From Phocaeicola sp. (GTDB lineage Bacteria; Bacteroidota; Bacteroidia; Bacteroidales; Bacteroidaceae), in contig JAXEBI010000046.1 in NCBI GenBank assembly GCA_034094155.1, forward strand, positions 52 through 64,051: DNA of 64,000 nt, read 5' to 3'. The translations under genes were made by a program, and so were the position numbers. Positions 30,552 to 41,040 of the stretch are shown here, piece by piece; within the stretch, counting starts at the first letter, position 1, and each line of letters begins with the position of its first letter. The notes beneath the pieces are model-generated. The model was not told the DNA's origin and did not search any database. It worked only from the letters and a program-made list of their open reading frames with translations.

Positions 30552-31550
30552 TTACTTATGATTTGATATTAAATTTATTAATACTTTAATTATATATTTC
30601 ATAAATGTTAGGACATATACTGGAATGAAAGCATTTTGTTTAGCACATATATGTAATAAAATATTGTATTTTGAAGTTTGGAGATGCTTGTAATCATTAA
30701 TAGCATCGGGCCAAAGATATTTCCATTTACAAATATCTATAAATTTAAATTCTGTGATTAATTCTTGTTTTGCTAAAAGTTTTCTTTTATTCAATGAATG
30801 TTCAAATTCGTCATAAACACCTTTTAATACAAATAGGGACTCTAAACAATCACATACTATAATTCGTTGTTCAATTTTTTTTTTATTTATTTTGCTTAAT
30901 AGCGATGAATTGTTGGTTTGATTATAATAATATAAACCTTTATTTATATATTTAATTTTTTTAGAGAATATAAGTAGATTAATTGTAAATAATAAATCTT
31001 CCCACATTCTAATGTTTTCATTAAATCTTATTTGATTCGTTATGAGTATTTTTCTTTTAAATAACTTGTTCCATAAAGCTCCATGACATTTTGAGGATAA
31101 TATGTTATGAATAAATTTTGTAGGATCTTCTTCAGAAATTTGAGACCTGTAAATTTTTTTTGTTTGATAAACATCTATAAAGTCGCACCAAACCATATCG
31201 CAATTATTGTCTTGTGCTGAGTCAATCATAACTTCATACATATTATTTTCTATCCAGTCATCACTATCGCAAAAGGTAATGTATTCACCTTTTGCGATAT
31301 TTATTCCTATGTTTCTAGATTTGGAAGGACCAAGATTAGCCTTATTCTCAATTATTGTTACGTAACCTTTTCTTTCTGGATACTTTTTTATATATTCCTT
31401 AAGGCATTTTAGTGTATTGTCTGTGCTCTTATCGTCTATAAATATGTATTCTATATTATATAGACTTTGCTCCATTAAAGATTTCACACAATGCCCGATG
31501 AATTTTTCTACATTATAAACAGGAATTACAACTGACAAAATAGTTTTCAT
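30552..31550 (-). CDS. Glycosyltransferase family 2
   Basis: SVVIPVYNVE, IDDKSTD, FCDSDD, WNKL and ED motifs. Confidence 0.9.
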   Translation of the reverse strand: MKTILSVVIPVYNVEKFIGHCVKSLMEQSLYNIEYIFIDDKSTDNTLKCLKEYIKKYPERKGYVTIIENKANLGPSKSRNIGINIAKGEYITFCDSDDWIENNMYEVMIDSAQDNNCDMVWCDFIDVYQTKKIYRSQISEEDPTKFIHNILSSKCHGALWNKLFKRKILITNQIRFNENIRMWEDLLFTINLLIFSKKIKYINKGLYYYNQTNNSSLLSKINKKKIEQRIIVCDCLESLFVLKGVYDEFEHSLNKRKLLAKQELITEFKFIDICKWKYLWPDAINDYKHLQTSKYNILLHICAKQNAFIPVYVLTFMKYIIKVLINLISNHK

Positions 31551-31552
31551 AA

Positions 31553-32551
31553 TTATCGTTTATAAATAATGTGTTTTAATTTTGATAGTAGTAAAACACT
31601 TTGAGTTATTAATAAATATATTATCCTGGCTAATTTATAATGATTAAAAGCTAGACAAGTACACCATGAAGAAGGGTTTTTAAAGCGTATCTTTTTATTT
31701 TCTTCTTTAAATCTGTTATGAATATCTATATATAAATTATTTAATTCATTTATATTTAATATTCCAGAATTAAATCCTAAGCGTAATGTTTCAGTTTTTA
31801 GAAAATATAATTGAGATAATAAAATAGGATCTTTAGAAAATAATTTCTCAAAATGTTCAATAAATTTAATTTGCGAATAAAACCCTTTATTGTTTACTTT
31901 TCTAATGATACTATTTTCATTTGTGAAACAATCGTAGTGGTAAAATGCTTTACTTATATATGTGACTTTAATATTATTATATAATAACTCACAACACACA
32001 TATAAATCTTCCCATCGTATTATATCTAGAGGAAAAATTATATTGTATTTTTTATAGCATGAATGTTTTATAAGTTTATTACAACAGCTTCCATGTAACG
32101 TACCATTTAATAATTGTATAAGAACATCCCTTGAAGAATTCGTTTCTATTTTTTGAGAAACATAAATTGTCTTATCTTTTCTTTCTATAAAGAAATCAGA
32201 AATAACTATGTCTGCGTTATTTTTTTTTATTTCATTATATAGTAATTCTAACATATTAGGCTCAACCCAATCATCAGGATCTACATGAATACTATACTCT
32301 CCTTTTGCATTATCTATACCTAATTGACGTGCTTCACTAACACCACCGTTTTTTTTGTGAAAAACATTTATTCTATAATCTTTTTTAGCATATTCATCGC
32401 ATATATCACCACTTTTATCAGGACTGCCATCATCTATTAAGAGGATTTCAAAATCATGAAAAGTTTGTTTTAATAGACTATCAATACATCTGCTAATATA
32501 ATTTTCTGCTCTGTAGACTGGTACTATTACAGAAATCAATGGAGTTGTCAT
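31553..32551 (-). CDS. Glycosyltransferase family 2
   Basis: SVIVPVY, IDDGSPD, NGGVSEAR, VDPDD. Confidence 0.9.
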   Translation of the reverse strand: MTTPLISVIVPVYRAENYISRCIDSLLKQTFHDFEILLIDDGSPDKSGDICDEYAKKDYRINVFHKKNGGVSEARQLGIDNAKGEYSIHVDPDDWVEPNMLELLYNEIKKNNADIVISDFFIERKDKTIYVSQKIETNSSRDVLIQLLNGTLHGSCCNKLIKHSCYKKYNIIFPLDIIRWEDLYVCCELLYNNIKVTYISKAFYHYDCFTNENSIIRKVNNKGFYSQIKFIEHFEKLFSKDPILLSQLYFLKTETLRLGFNSGILNINELNNLYIDIHNRFKEENKKIRFKNPSSWCTCLAFNHYKLARIIYLLITQSVLLLSKLKHIIYKR

Positions 32552-33708
32552 TTTCTTAATTTAAGTGCTCTTAAAATCTTACCTATATAACGTCTAAATC
32601 TTATGTAAGGAGTATTGAAGAATGTATTATTTGTTTTACGTAGAGAATATTTTAATAAATAACTTATTGCGATATCTCTATCTTTGGGTAATATAGATGG
32701 TCTATAAAGTTGATGATTAGTAGTTAATGCTTCTTCCCATGACCTATATTCATAATATGCATTATTAGATACATTATTAAATAATAATTTTGCTTTGTCT
32801 GTATTTAATAATACTAATGAACATCCACTTTTAGTGTCATAATCAAAACTTGTTTTTTTACCTACATCCCAAAAATCAGCCAATGTAAAATCAGCTATTC
32901 TCTCTTGTGTGGTATATTTGCAGGAATAACAACACTTTCTACATAATCTAGATGATAGAAATAATTTCATATAAATATTATAATTATTTTCTATAAGTTC
33001 TCTTCTGCTATCATAAATGAAAGATGGCGTATATCCCCATTTTTCTAATTCTCTGAATCTAAAATCTTTAATGTTATTGACATTTATACCCTTCTCTTTA
33101 GCTAATTTCCCAATATAACTTTTAAACATTTTATTTGAAGGAGTTCCATGACATACTAAATCAATGGTATATAATTTATCAGTATCAACATTCTTTAGAT
33201 AGTTCTTTAATCCAGCAATTTGGCATGGAGTCCCTGAATATAGTACTAATCTGTCATTTTTTAAGTCTTGTTTTACTTTTTTGAAAGTATATAGAGTATT
33301 GCTTTGTACATATTTAGATCCCCTCATCTTAGATAATTCCGAAAGGTTTTCTGCAGATGTGTGGTATACATTAAAGTTATCATCTAAGATTACACCATAT
33401 ATAATTCCGTTATTATCTAGAATCCAGTTTGAAATAAGTGAAAACATTCCTCCAGAGGTACTTTCCTTTAGAATATAATTGTCTTTATGAATTAACGCAA
33501 TAGGTTTATCTACGCGATTGAATTTGTTAACTGGATTTATTTCTGGACATACTTTCTCACATAAATGACATTCTATACAAACTTTACTGTTGATTTTAGG
33601 AAAAAGAAATCCTTCGATATCCTCTTCCATTTTTATTGCATTTTTAGGACATATATTAAAACAAGCTCCGCATCCGGTACATTCTTTTATATTGCAAAGT
33701 TGAATCAT
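32548..33708 (-). CDS. 4Fe-4S ferredoxin plus coenzyme F420 hydrogenase beta-subunit (FrhB)-like oxidoreductase
   Basis: CTGCGAC..ICP and CIECHLCEKVCP clusters; STSGG, RGSKYVQS, GTPCQIAG, DLVCHG and ADFTLADFW. Confidence 0.85.
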   Translation of the reverse strand: MIQLCNIKECTGCGACFNICPKNAIKMEEDIEGFLFPKINSKVCIECHLCEKVCPEINPVNKFNRVDKPIALIHKDNYILKESTSGGMFSLISNWILDNNGIIYGVILDDNFNVYHTSAENLSELSKMRGSKYVQSNTLYTFKKVKQDLKNDRLVLYSGTPCQIAGLKNYLKNVDTDKLYTIDLVCHGTPSNKMFKSYIGKLAKEKGINVNNIKDFRFRELEKWGYTPSFIYDSRRELIENNYNIYMKLFLSSRLCRKCCYSCKYTTQERIADFTLADFWDVGKKTSFDYDTKSGCSLVLLNTDKAKLLFNNVSNNAYYEYRSWEEALTTNHQLYRPSILPKDRDIAISYLLKYSLRKTNNTFFNTPYIRFRRYIGKILRALKLRK

Positions 33709-34808
33709 TCTTCTATTGAATTCTTTAAATAATTGATACTTTTTTCTCTTTCTTTTTCAATACAGATATTTGAGGTTGAAAAATCACAATTATATGATAT
33801 TAATGATTTTTCTTTTACATTATTTAAATTTATTACTCTATCAGTAAGACCTGTTTGGGAAAGAAATGTACACATTCTATTATCTTTATCACCATCTACT
33901 GCAAAAAAAGGAACTTCGAATATCTTAGAAAAAAGAACAGCGTGATAAGATCCACAAATGACAAGTCTTGCATTTTTTAAAATATTAAGAAACTCTATAG
34001 GTCCTGTATCGAGATGATATTTTAATTTCCAATATTTTATTTTATGATATATTATATGATTGGTTGTAATAACATTTAAATTTAATATTTTACCTAAATT
34101 CATGGCAATATCGTAGACATCCTTTTTAAAAATAGGAGTATATACTAATATATATTCAGATTTAATTATTGGCTCTGATGGGATTATTTTTTCCCATTCA
34201 GTTTTAGATAGCAATAATGTTGGATCTATATTTATAGATATTGGCTTATCAACTAATGATTCAACAATTTTTTTAGTTCCATTTTCTCTTACAGATATGT
34301 GAGAGAATGATTTAAGATAATTCTTAATTTTATCTTTATCAATTACTTCTTTTTCTCCCGCAGGGCCCATACTTACAGCATAAGAAATTTTTTTTCTATT
34401 GGTGAATGGAAGAAAAAAACTCCAATCGAAATCTAGAGGATATGTATTCCAAATTTGATCTCCACCTGCTATAAAACAGTCATAATCTAATTGAGCTTCT
34501 ACTAGACTTTCATTAGAAGGGTATTCTTGAGTTGTTATAAGGAATTCATTGATGAAACTTTCAAATAATTCATATTTTTTTATAAGTTCATTCCTATAAA
34601 TACTATTTTTCAGATTAATCATTTTTTTTAATAGAGTAGATGATTTACTTGAAAAAGGACAAGAATAGAACTCTTTCTGTATGCTCGTTCTTAAATTAAT
34701 TATTGTATTTTCATAGCCCATTTTTTTTAATGAGTTTTGGAGTGCATAAGCTTGTAACATCGAACCATAATTGTGAGATGCATGGTATGTTATAGTAGCT
34801 GTTTTCAT
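33705..34808 (-). CDS. Polysaccharide pyruvyl transferase family protein
   Basis: NYGSMLQAYAL, GGDQIWN, SYAVSMG, ISVRE, DPTLLL, GPIEFL, SYHA. Confidence 0.88.
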   Translation of the reverse strand: MKTATITYHASHNYGSMLQAYALQNSLKKMGYENTIINLRTSIQKEFYSCPFSSKSSTLLKKMINLKNSIYRNELIKKYELFESFINEFLITTQEYPSNESLVEAQLDYDCFIAGGDQIWNTYPLDFDWSFFLPFTNRKKISYAVSMGPAGEKEVIDKDKIKNYLKSFSHISVRENGTKKIVESLVDKPISINIDPTLLLSKTEWEKIIPSEPIIKSEYILVYTPIFKKDVYDIAMNLGKILNLNVITTNHIIYHKIKYWKLKYHLDTGPIEFLNILKNARLVICGSYHAVLFSKIFEVPFFAVDGDKDNRMCTFLSQTGLTDRVINLNNVKEKSLISYNCDFSTSNICIEKEREKSINYLKNSIEE

Positions 34809-36322
34809 TATATATATTTTTTTATTTTATTTTGTATGATGATTTTTTCATTATCTTTTAGTCCTACAAAATAGATTACAATCAGAGATATTGTAATTGT
34901 AGAAATGATTGATAAAACTAATCCTAATACCCCGTTAATGTTATAAAAGATTATTGTTGGAATAGGAAAAGAAAATACTGTAACTAAAATACACTTTATA
35001 ATTACATCTTTTATATAAATATATATGGGGAATTTATATAATTTATTTAAATATATAACTCTTACAAATGATGTTAGTAGGTTTATTAAAATACGTACAC
35101 CAATGGCTAATTCTGGTATTTTAAAGAAAAGTAATACGGAATAAGATAATGGTATGTTTATTAATATGATTGAGCTCATTAATAACTGATAATTTTTTAT
35201 CTTTCCAGTAGCTTGAGCTGAAACCCATAATGGACCTTGTAAAGCATCTATTAATGAAAAAATAATAATTAATCGACAAAAATTTACAGTATGTTCAGGA
35301 ACATTAGTTAACCATAAACTCATTATTGATGGACAACATATTATTACTGGTAATGCTAGCACAAATAATAATAAATATGAATATCTTGATGTGTTAAGAA
35401 TAATAGACAAGAAATATTCTTTATTTTTAGCAGCATATGATTTTATTATTTGTGGATTAAAAGCTGTTTGAAAATTACTAACAAATTGATATATTGCAGA
35501 GTTAACTTGATTTGCAATTCCTACGGCAGCGTTTACAGTAACTCCAAAAAAAATATTAAGGATAACATTTATTCCTTGATCTGCACTCATATTTGCAAAA
35601 GCACCAAACAAACTCCAACTGGAGAAACTTGTTATTTCTGAGCTTTTCTCTTTATCGAATTTAAAACTAAAATTACAGATTGTAAAATACTTTTTACAAT
35701 AAATATAGTAAGAAATGAAAATTATAAATGAGACTACTGTTAATAATGATGAATATGCAATTAATCTATTTGTACAAACAGTAATAATATATGCAATAAA
35801 GAGTTTACACAATACTTCTATAATACTTATGTATGCATATACAGACATTTTTTCGTAGGCTATTACTGCTGCATTATAAGGTGCTTTAATGAAGTTTATT
35901 ATAGTAGTGGCAATAGATAATTGGAATACGATACTTGCAGAGTAAATTTTTTCTTCAGGTATATTTATATAATTATTTAATAAAAATACTCCAAGGGTTT
36001 CTGCCAATAAGAAAAATATAATTGATATAATGATGTGTATATTTACTGTAGTAGAAAAGACTCTTTCTGCTTCATAATTATTGTTTCTTCCTAATTCATA
36101 ATTTAAAAATCTTTGAGTTGAAGTAACCATTGCATTGTTTATAAATGTGAAAAATACAACTATACCTCCAACTATATTGTATATACCAAAATCTTCAAAT
36201 CCTAAATTCTTGAGAATTATTCGAGAAGTATATAAACTAACACCCATTGTTAAAAACATCCTAAAATAGAGAATTAGAGTGTTCTTAACAATGAGTTTAT
36301 TCTTGTTCATGTAGCTCATCAA
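34808..36322 (-). CDS. Wzx flippase (MOP superfamily)
   Basis: KNTLILYFRM..LYTSR..LG..DFGIY, many TM segments, AFNPQIIKSYA. Confidence 0.88.
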   Translation of the reverse strand: MMSYMNKNKLIVKNTLILYFRMFLTMGVSLYTSRIILKNLGFEDFGIYNIVGGIVVFFTFINNAMVTSTQRFLNYELGRNNNYEAERVFSTTVNIHIIISIIFFLLAETLGVFLLNNYINIPEEKIYSASIVFQLSIATTIINFIKAPYNAAVIAYEKMSVYAYISIIEVLCKLFIAYIITVCTNRLIAYSSLLTVVSFIIFISYYIYCKKYFTICNFSFKFDKEKSSEITSFSSWSLFGAFANMSADQGINVILNIFFGVTVNAAVGIANQVNSAIYQFVSNFQTAFNPQIIKSYAAKNKEYFLSIILNTSRYSYLLLFVLALPVIICCPSIMSLWLTNVPEHTVNFCRLIIIFSLIDALQGPLWVSAQATGKIKNYQLLMSSIILINIPLSYSVLLFFKIPELAIGVRILINLLTSFVRVIYLNKLYKFPIYIYIKDVIIKCILVTVFSFPIPTIIFYNINGVLGLVLSIISTITISLIVIYFVGLKDNEKIIIQNKIKKYI

Positions 36323-36369
36323 ATTATGCTGAGATATTATTACAAACTAATTTTATTGATTTTACATTA

Positions 36370-38799
36370 TCATTTAAACAGATTATATAATGTTGCTGCC
36401 ATAGTTCCTAATGAAGCTGCAGAGGAACCAATTGACATAATCTCAGCTAATGTAATAGGTCTACGTTCCTTTTTGCTAGGAACAATAATTTGACATCCTG
36501 GCTCAATTTCTGTCTTGCGCATACGCTTAACTCTACTTACTGTGCCATTCATATGTACAATATACACACTACTTTTTTTAGCTAATCTACTGTAACCACC
36601 TGCTTGTTCTATGTAATGTGATAGTTTTTTACCTTCAACATAAGCAACTGTATTTGGAAACTGAACTTCACCTGTAATTTTTACTGTACTTGTAAATTCA
36701 GGTATATATAAATAGTCTCCTTCTCGTAGTACCACATCATAACCACTTCCAGGGTTAGCTAATGCTTTATCTAGCTCTATTCCGACAACATAACTTTCAG
36801 AAAGCTGTATCTTATTTATTGATAATGAATCTGCTCCTGCATTCATCATCGCCATTTTTAAGGCAGCTTCTTGTTGGGCTTTTTCTTCATCATTCATTTT
36901 CCTAATTAACCTACCACCTCTTACATATGCTTCATTTGTTAATCCTCCTGCACGTCTTACGAGGTCGGATATCCTTTCATTTTTTTTAGTTAATGTATAG
37001 CCTCCTGTAAAGACGGCTTCACCTCCTATATCAACTCTTCTTTGTACTTGATATCCTGGACTACGACGAACTTCAACAATGTCGTATGGCTCGAGAGTAA
37101 AATTGTTCTTTCCGTCTACTATGAATCCGTCTTTTATAGCAAAAGTATATACTTTACTGATATCTTCTGTAGATTTAATACTTTTAGGGTCTTTAATACG
37201 TCTTGAAACATCTACCCTGACAGAAGAAGCTCCATCAAGTAGACCACCTGCCTTTAAAATAAGATCTTCTATTGTCGTTTTTTCTGCAAATGGTATTACA
37301 CCTGGATTTGTTACTTCGCCATATATTGAAATACCACCTTGGGCTTGAATTTCCTTTTTACTTGATATAAAAAGTACGTCTTCTCTGCGCAATGGTACGT
37401 CGGGACTTGTGCCATTAATAATACCTGCAAGATCAATTGAGAGTACTTCGTTCGTCATGTCTTCCTTCTCACGTGTAAGTACAGCTCTACCGGTAAATGC
37501 ATCTCCTGTCAGACCATTGGCTCTTTCAATTAAATCTTTTACAGTATTGATACCATTTCCTAACTCAAACATTCCTGGGCGGTAAACTGCTCCCTGTATT
37601 TCTACTCTATTTGAAAATCTGTCGAGGATAGGACTAACATTAATTGAGTCTCCGTCGGCCAGCTGCCATCCAGGATAGTTGGCTGCAGTTACACTGAATA
37701 TGCGGTTTTCCTTTCCATTTCTTCTAAAAAGTTTTACTTCTTCTTTATATGCATCTCCGGTAAATCCACCTGCATAATTAATTAAAGACTCCATTGTTTC
37801 TCCCTGTTTCATCTCATAAAACATAGGACGCTTGATTTTACCTTCTACATTAACAAGCATTGAGTATGGAGGAACTACTATAACATCACCCTCTTGCAAT
37901 CTTATGTCATTATTTATTTTGCCGTTTAGGATATAATCATACACATCAACTGTACCTACTTTGTTACCGGCACGCATAACCTTAATATCTCTTAATGAAC
38001 CTATTCCAGATACACCACCTGCACGGTAAATTGCGTTAAAAACTGTAGAGAAAGAGGAAAGTCTATATGTTCCGGGAACTTCAACTTCGCCCATTACATG
38101 TACTTGTATGCTACGAATCTTACCTAATGTAATGCTAACTTGTGATTGTGGACTGTCACCGGTAATACCTGAATATATGCTTGAAAGTGTCTGACGTATT
38201 GCATCATTAGCTTGAGAAATTGTAAGTCCTGATAGATAGATAGGACCTACTTGGCTGATTATGATTTGTCCGTCTGGTGATATCGTTTGTTTTATGCTTG
38301 TCTCATTTGCTCCCCAAATATCTATAATGACCTCATCGCCTGGACCTAGTCTATAGTCGATAGGAGTAGCCATATTTTCGTTTGGTTCAAAACTTAACTC
38401 CTTGTTTTTGAAAATATTATGTCCGAATATTTCTATTGTCTTTTCTTCTTGTAATGAGTCATTTTTTTCTATAGACGTGCTATCATTTAAAATTAAATCA
38501 TAGAAAGAATAATTCTGAGATGTTCTTAATCTGTTGTCTTCAGAATCCTGGATATTATAATTTTGGTTTTGAGTATTAGTGAGTTGTTTCTTTTCATATC
38601 GTTGTTTGATTTGTTCCAATTGCTCTCTTGAAACTCCTCGTGCAACAAGTTCACGTCCTAATTGTTCATCACTTTTTCCAGCTTTCTTCGCTTCTTTTAC
38701 GTATGTAATAATTTGTTGATCACTCATTTGAGCGTTGGCATCAAATATTGCAAGACTGAATATTGATGTAAAAAGAACAGCTTTTCCGAAATGTCTCAT
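36370..38799 (-). CDS. Polysaccharide export protein with multiple SLBB domains (Wza/KpsD-like)
   Basis: Signal peptide; YRLGPGDEVIIDIWG polysaccharide-export motif; repeated GEV..PG / AGG SLBB modules; C-terminal helix. Confidence 0.9.
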   Translation of the reverse strand: MRHFGKAVLFTSIFSLAIFDANAQMSDQQIITYVKEAKKAGKSDEQLGRELVARGVSREQLEQIKQRYEKKQLTNTQNQNYNIQDSEDNRLRTSQNYSFYDLILNDSTSIEKNDSLQEEKTIEIFGHNIFKNKELSFEPNENMATPIDYRLGPGDEVIIDIWGANETSIKQTISPDGQIIISQVGPIYLSGLTISQANDAIRQTLSSIYSGITGDSPQSQVSITLGKIRSIQVHVMGEVEVPGTYRLSSFSTVFNAIYRAGGVSGIGSLRDIKVMRAGNKVGTVDVYDYILNGKINNDIRLQEGDVIVVPPYSMLVNVEGKIKRPMFYEMKQGETMESLINYAGGFTGDAYKEEVKLFRRNGKENRIFSVTAANYPGWQLADGDSINVSPILDRFSNRVEIQGAVYRPGMFELGNGINTVKDLIERANGLTGDAFTGRAVLTREKEDMTNEVLSIDLAGIINGTSPDVPLRREDVLFISSKKEIQAQGGISIYGEVTNPGVIPFAEKTTIEDLILKAGGLLDGASSVRVDVSRRIKDPKSIKSTEDISKVYTFAIKDGFIVDGKNNFTLEPYDIVEVRRSPGYQVQRRVDIGGEAVFTGGYTLTKKNERISDLVRRAGGLTNEAYVRGGRLIRKMNDEEKAQQEAALKMAMMNAGADSLSINKIQLSESYVVGIELDKALANPGSGYDVVLREGDYLYIPEFTSTVKITGEVQFPNTVAYVEGKKLSHYIEQAGGYSRLAKKSSVYIVHMNGTVSRVKRMRKTEIEPGCQIIVPSKKERRPITLAEIMSIGSSAASLGTMAATLYNLFK

Positions 38800-38850
38800 T
38801 TTATAATTGATTATGTTTTATATTTTAATATGAATTTCGAGTGTAGGTAC

Positions 38851-38927
38851 GCTTCGCTGCTGCCAGTCACATAGCAACTGGCAGATTTATTTGTACAAAA
38901 GTAGACAAAATTGTTTGGGTAAGCAAA
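38851..38927 (-). promoter_or_regulatory. Polysaccharide-locus promoter followed by pause hairpin and ops-like GCGAAGC element
   Basis: TTTG (38927-38924), 20 nt spacer, TACTTTTG (38903-38896); then CTGCCAGT-9nt-ACTGGCAG hairpin (38884-38860) and CAGCGAAGCGTA. Confidence 0.65.
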
Positions 38928-39111
38928 CTTTTATATTTTTTTGATATGAATTTTGACTTTATTCAATATATATAACGTGTAAATATCATTAATACTGCTT
39001 TGCTTGATGTAAAAATTATTTTTTTTGTCAGTTTTACTTGTTTATATACTTATATCTTTATACTTTAGTACTGAAAACTAATTCGATTAAATTTTTTAAT
39101 GAAACACTCTT

Positions 39112-39684
39112 ATGAATATAATTAAAACAGAGATACCTGAACTTTTATTAATTGAACCGACTATTTTTAGAGATAGCAGAGGCTATTTTTTTGAATCTTT
39201 CTCGGAAAGGGATTTTAATTTAAATATCCGTCCTATTAAATTTGTTCAAGACAATGAAAGTATGTCCAGTTATGGAGTCTTGCGAGGATTGCATTTTCAA
39301 AAACCGCCTTTCTGTCAAAGTAAGTTAGTTAGGGTTGTTAAAGGAGCTGTACTTGATGTGGCTGTTGATATTAGAAGAGGATCGCCTACTTTTGGAAAGC
39401 ATGTAGCTGTAGAGCTTACCGAAGATAATCATTTACAGTTTTTTATTCCTCGTGGCTTTGCTCATGGTTTTTGTGTATTGTCAGATAATGTTATCTTTCA
39501 GTATAAATGTGATAATTTTTACGCGCCTGATTACGAAGGTGCAATTGCATGGAATGATTCAGATTTGGGCATCGATTGGAAAATTCCTTCAGATAAGATT
39601 GTCTTATCTGATAAAGATAGGAATCATCCACTTCTAAATGAATCAGAGTTAATTTTTGATTATACGGAAAATCTGTACTACTAA
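39112..39684 (+). CDS. rfbC: dTDP-4-dehydrorhamnose 3,5-epimerase
   Basis: DSRGYFFE, FVQDNES.S..GVLRGLHFQ, DVAVDIR, GFAHGF. Confidence 0.95.
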   Translation: MNIIKTEIPELLLIEPTIFRDSRGYFFESFSERDFNLNIRPIKFVQDNESMSSYGVLRGLHFQKPPFCQSKLVRVVKGAVLDVAVDIRRGSPTFGKHVAVELTEDNHLQFFIPRGFAHGFCVLSDNVIFQYKCDNFYAPDYEGAIAWNDSDLGIDWKIPSDKIVLSDKDRNHPLLNESELIFDYTENLYY

Positions 39685-39728
39685 TTGCGCTGTTTAGTGC
39701 TATTTATGTTTAAGAATAAATCAAGTAT

Positions 39729-40619
39729 ATGATGAAAGGAATAGTTTTGGCTGGTGGTAGCGGTACACGTTTGTATCCCATCACAAAAGGAGTGAGTAAA
39801 CAACTTCTTCCGGTGTTCGACAAACCTATGATATATTATCCTATATCAGTGCTTATGCTTGCCGGTATACGTGAAATATTGATTATTTCCACACCATATG
39901 ACTTGCCGGGATTCAAGCGTCTGTTAGGCGATGGCAGTAATTTCGGAGTCAAGTTTGAGTATGCAGAGCAGCCTTCACCCGATGGCCTTGCACAGGCTTT
40001 TATAATAGGTGAGAAGTTTATAGGCAATGACTCGGCATGTCTGGTATTGGGTGATAATATTTTCCATGGTGCCGGATTCAGTGCAATGCTTCATCAGGCT
40101 GTAGATGATGCTGAGAATAACGGTAAAGCTACAGTTTTCGGATATTGGGTTAATGATCCGGAAAGATATGGAGTTGCGGAATTTGATAAACAGGGAAATT
40201 GTCTTAGTATAGAAGAGAAACCAGAAAAGCCGAAGTCGAATTATGCGGTTGTGGGACTTTATTTCTATCCAAACAAGGTAGTGGAAGTAGCCAAGAACAT
40301 TAAACCTTCTGCACGTGGGGAGCTTGAGATTACTACTGTAAACCAGCGCTTCCTTGAAGATGGTGAACTTAAGGTACAGACTTTGGGACGCGGTTTTGCA
40401 TGGCTCGATACCGGAACTCATGATTCTTTGTCGGAAGCTTCCACTTATATTGAAGTTCTTGAAAAGAGAACCGGTCTTAAAATAGCTTGTCTTGAAGGTA
40501 TAGCTTACCGTAAAGGTTGGATATCAGAAGAGAAAATGCGTGAGAATGCTCAACCTATGATAAAAAACCAGTACGGACAGTATCTTCTTAAGGTTATAGA
40601 TGAACTGAAAAATAATTAA
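39729..40619 (+). CDS. rfbA: Glucose-1-phosphate thymidylyltransferase
   Basis: [50 protein letters not shown]. Confidence 0.96.
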   Translation: MMKGIVLAGGSGTRLYPITKGVSKQLLPVFDKPMIYYPISVLMLAGIREILIISTPYDLPGFKRLLGDGSNFGVKFEYAEQPSPDGLAQAFIIGEKFIGNDSACLVLGDNIFHGAGFSAMLHQAVDDAENNGKATVFGYWVNDPERYGVAEFDKQGNCLSIEEKPEKPKSNYAVVGLYFYPNKVVEVAKNIKPSARGELEITTVNQRFLEDGELKVQTLGRGFAWLDTGTHDSLSEASTYIEVLEKRTGLKIACLEGIAYRKGWISEEKMRENAQPMIKNQYGQYLLKVIDELKNN

Positions 40620-40693
40620 TTTTTTCCTGAGGGGAAATCTTAAATGTTATTTTCCTGAGGATTACCATAAATGAATATGCAATAAAAAAACTG

Positions 40694-40952
40694 TCACAAC
40701 TGTCACAAGCGACGCAATTGTGACGGTTGTGAGAATGCATCTTTAATGTTAGTCTTAGTATTATAAGCAGACTATTTATAAAACTTAAGCAATCTTTAAT
40801 CAAAACAAGAGCAATCTTTATGTAAAAATTGCTCTTGTTTTATATAAAATATGATGTAGTTTTTTATTCTTTTGATTCTCAGATATTTAGGATATGTAAT
40901 GGCTGCGGCCTTCAATTCGTGTTGAGTTGGAGACTGTGGCTTTTATTTTTTT
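40694..40952 (+). terminator. Three successive hairpins after rfbA; the last is a G-U-rich terminator
   Basis: TCACAACTGTCACAA/TTGTGACGGTTGTGA (40694-40732); AAAACAAGAGCAAT/ATTGCTCTTGTTTT (40802-40841); GGCTGCGGCCTTCAATTC/GAGTTGGAGACTGTGGCT plus T tract (40901-40952). Confidence 0.55.
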
Positions 40953-41040
40953 GTAAAAATCACCTTTTCAGGTGATAAGCTTTTATTGTAAATATAGGTA
41001 ATTTTGCTTTAATTAAAATAATTATAAAAATGTCTAAGTA

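Noticed and set aside
38820-39110. Invertible (phase-variable) capsule promoter
   Set aside because: No inverted repeats bracket the promoter (only a short direct ATATGAATTT repeat) and no recombinase gene is present in the window.
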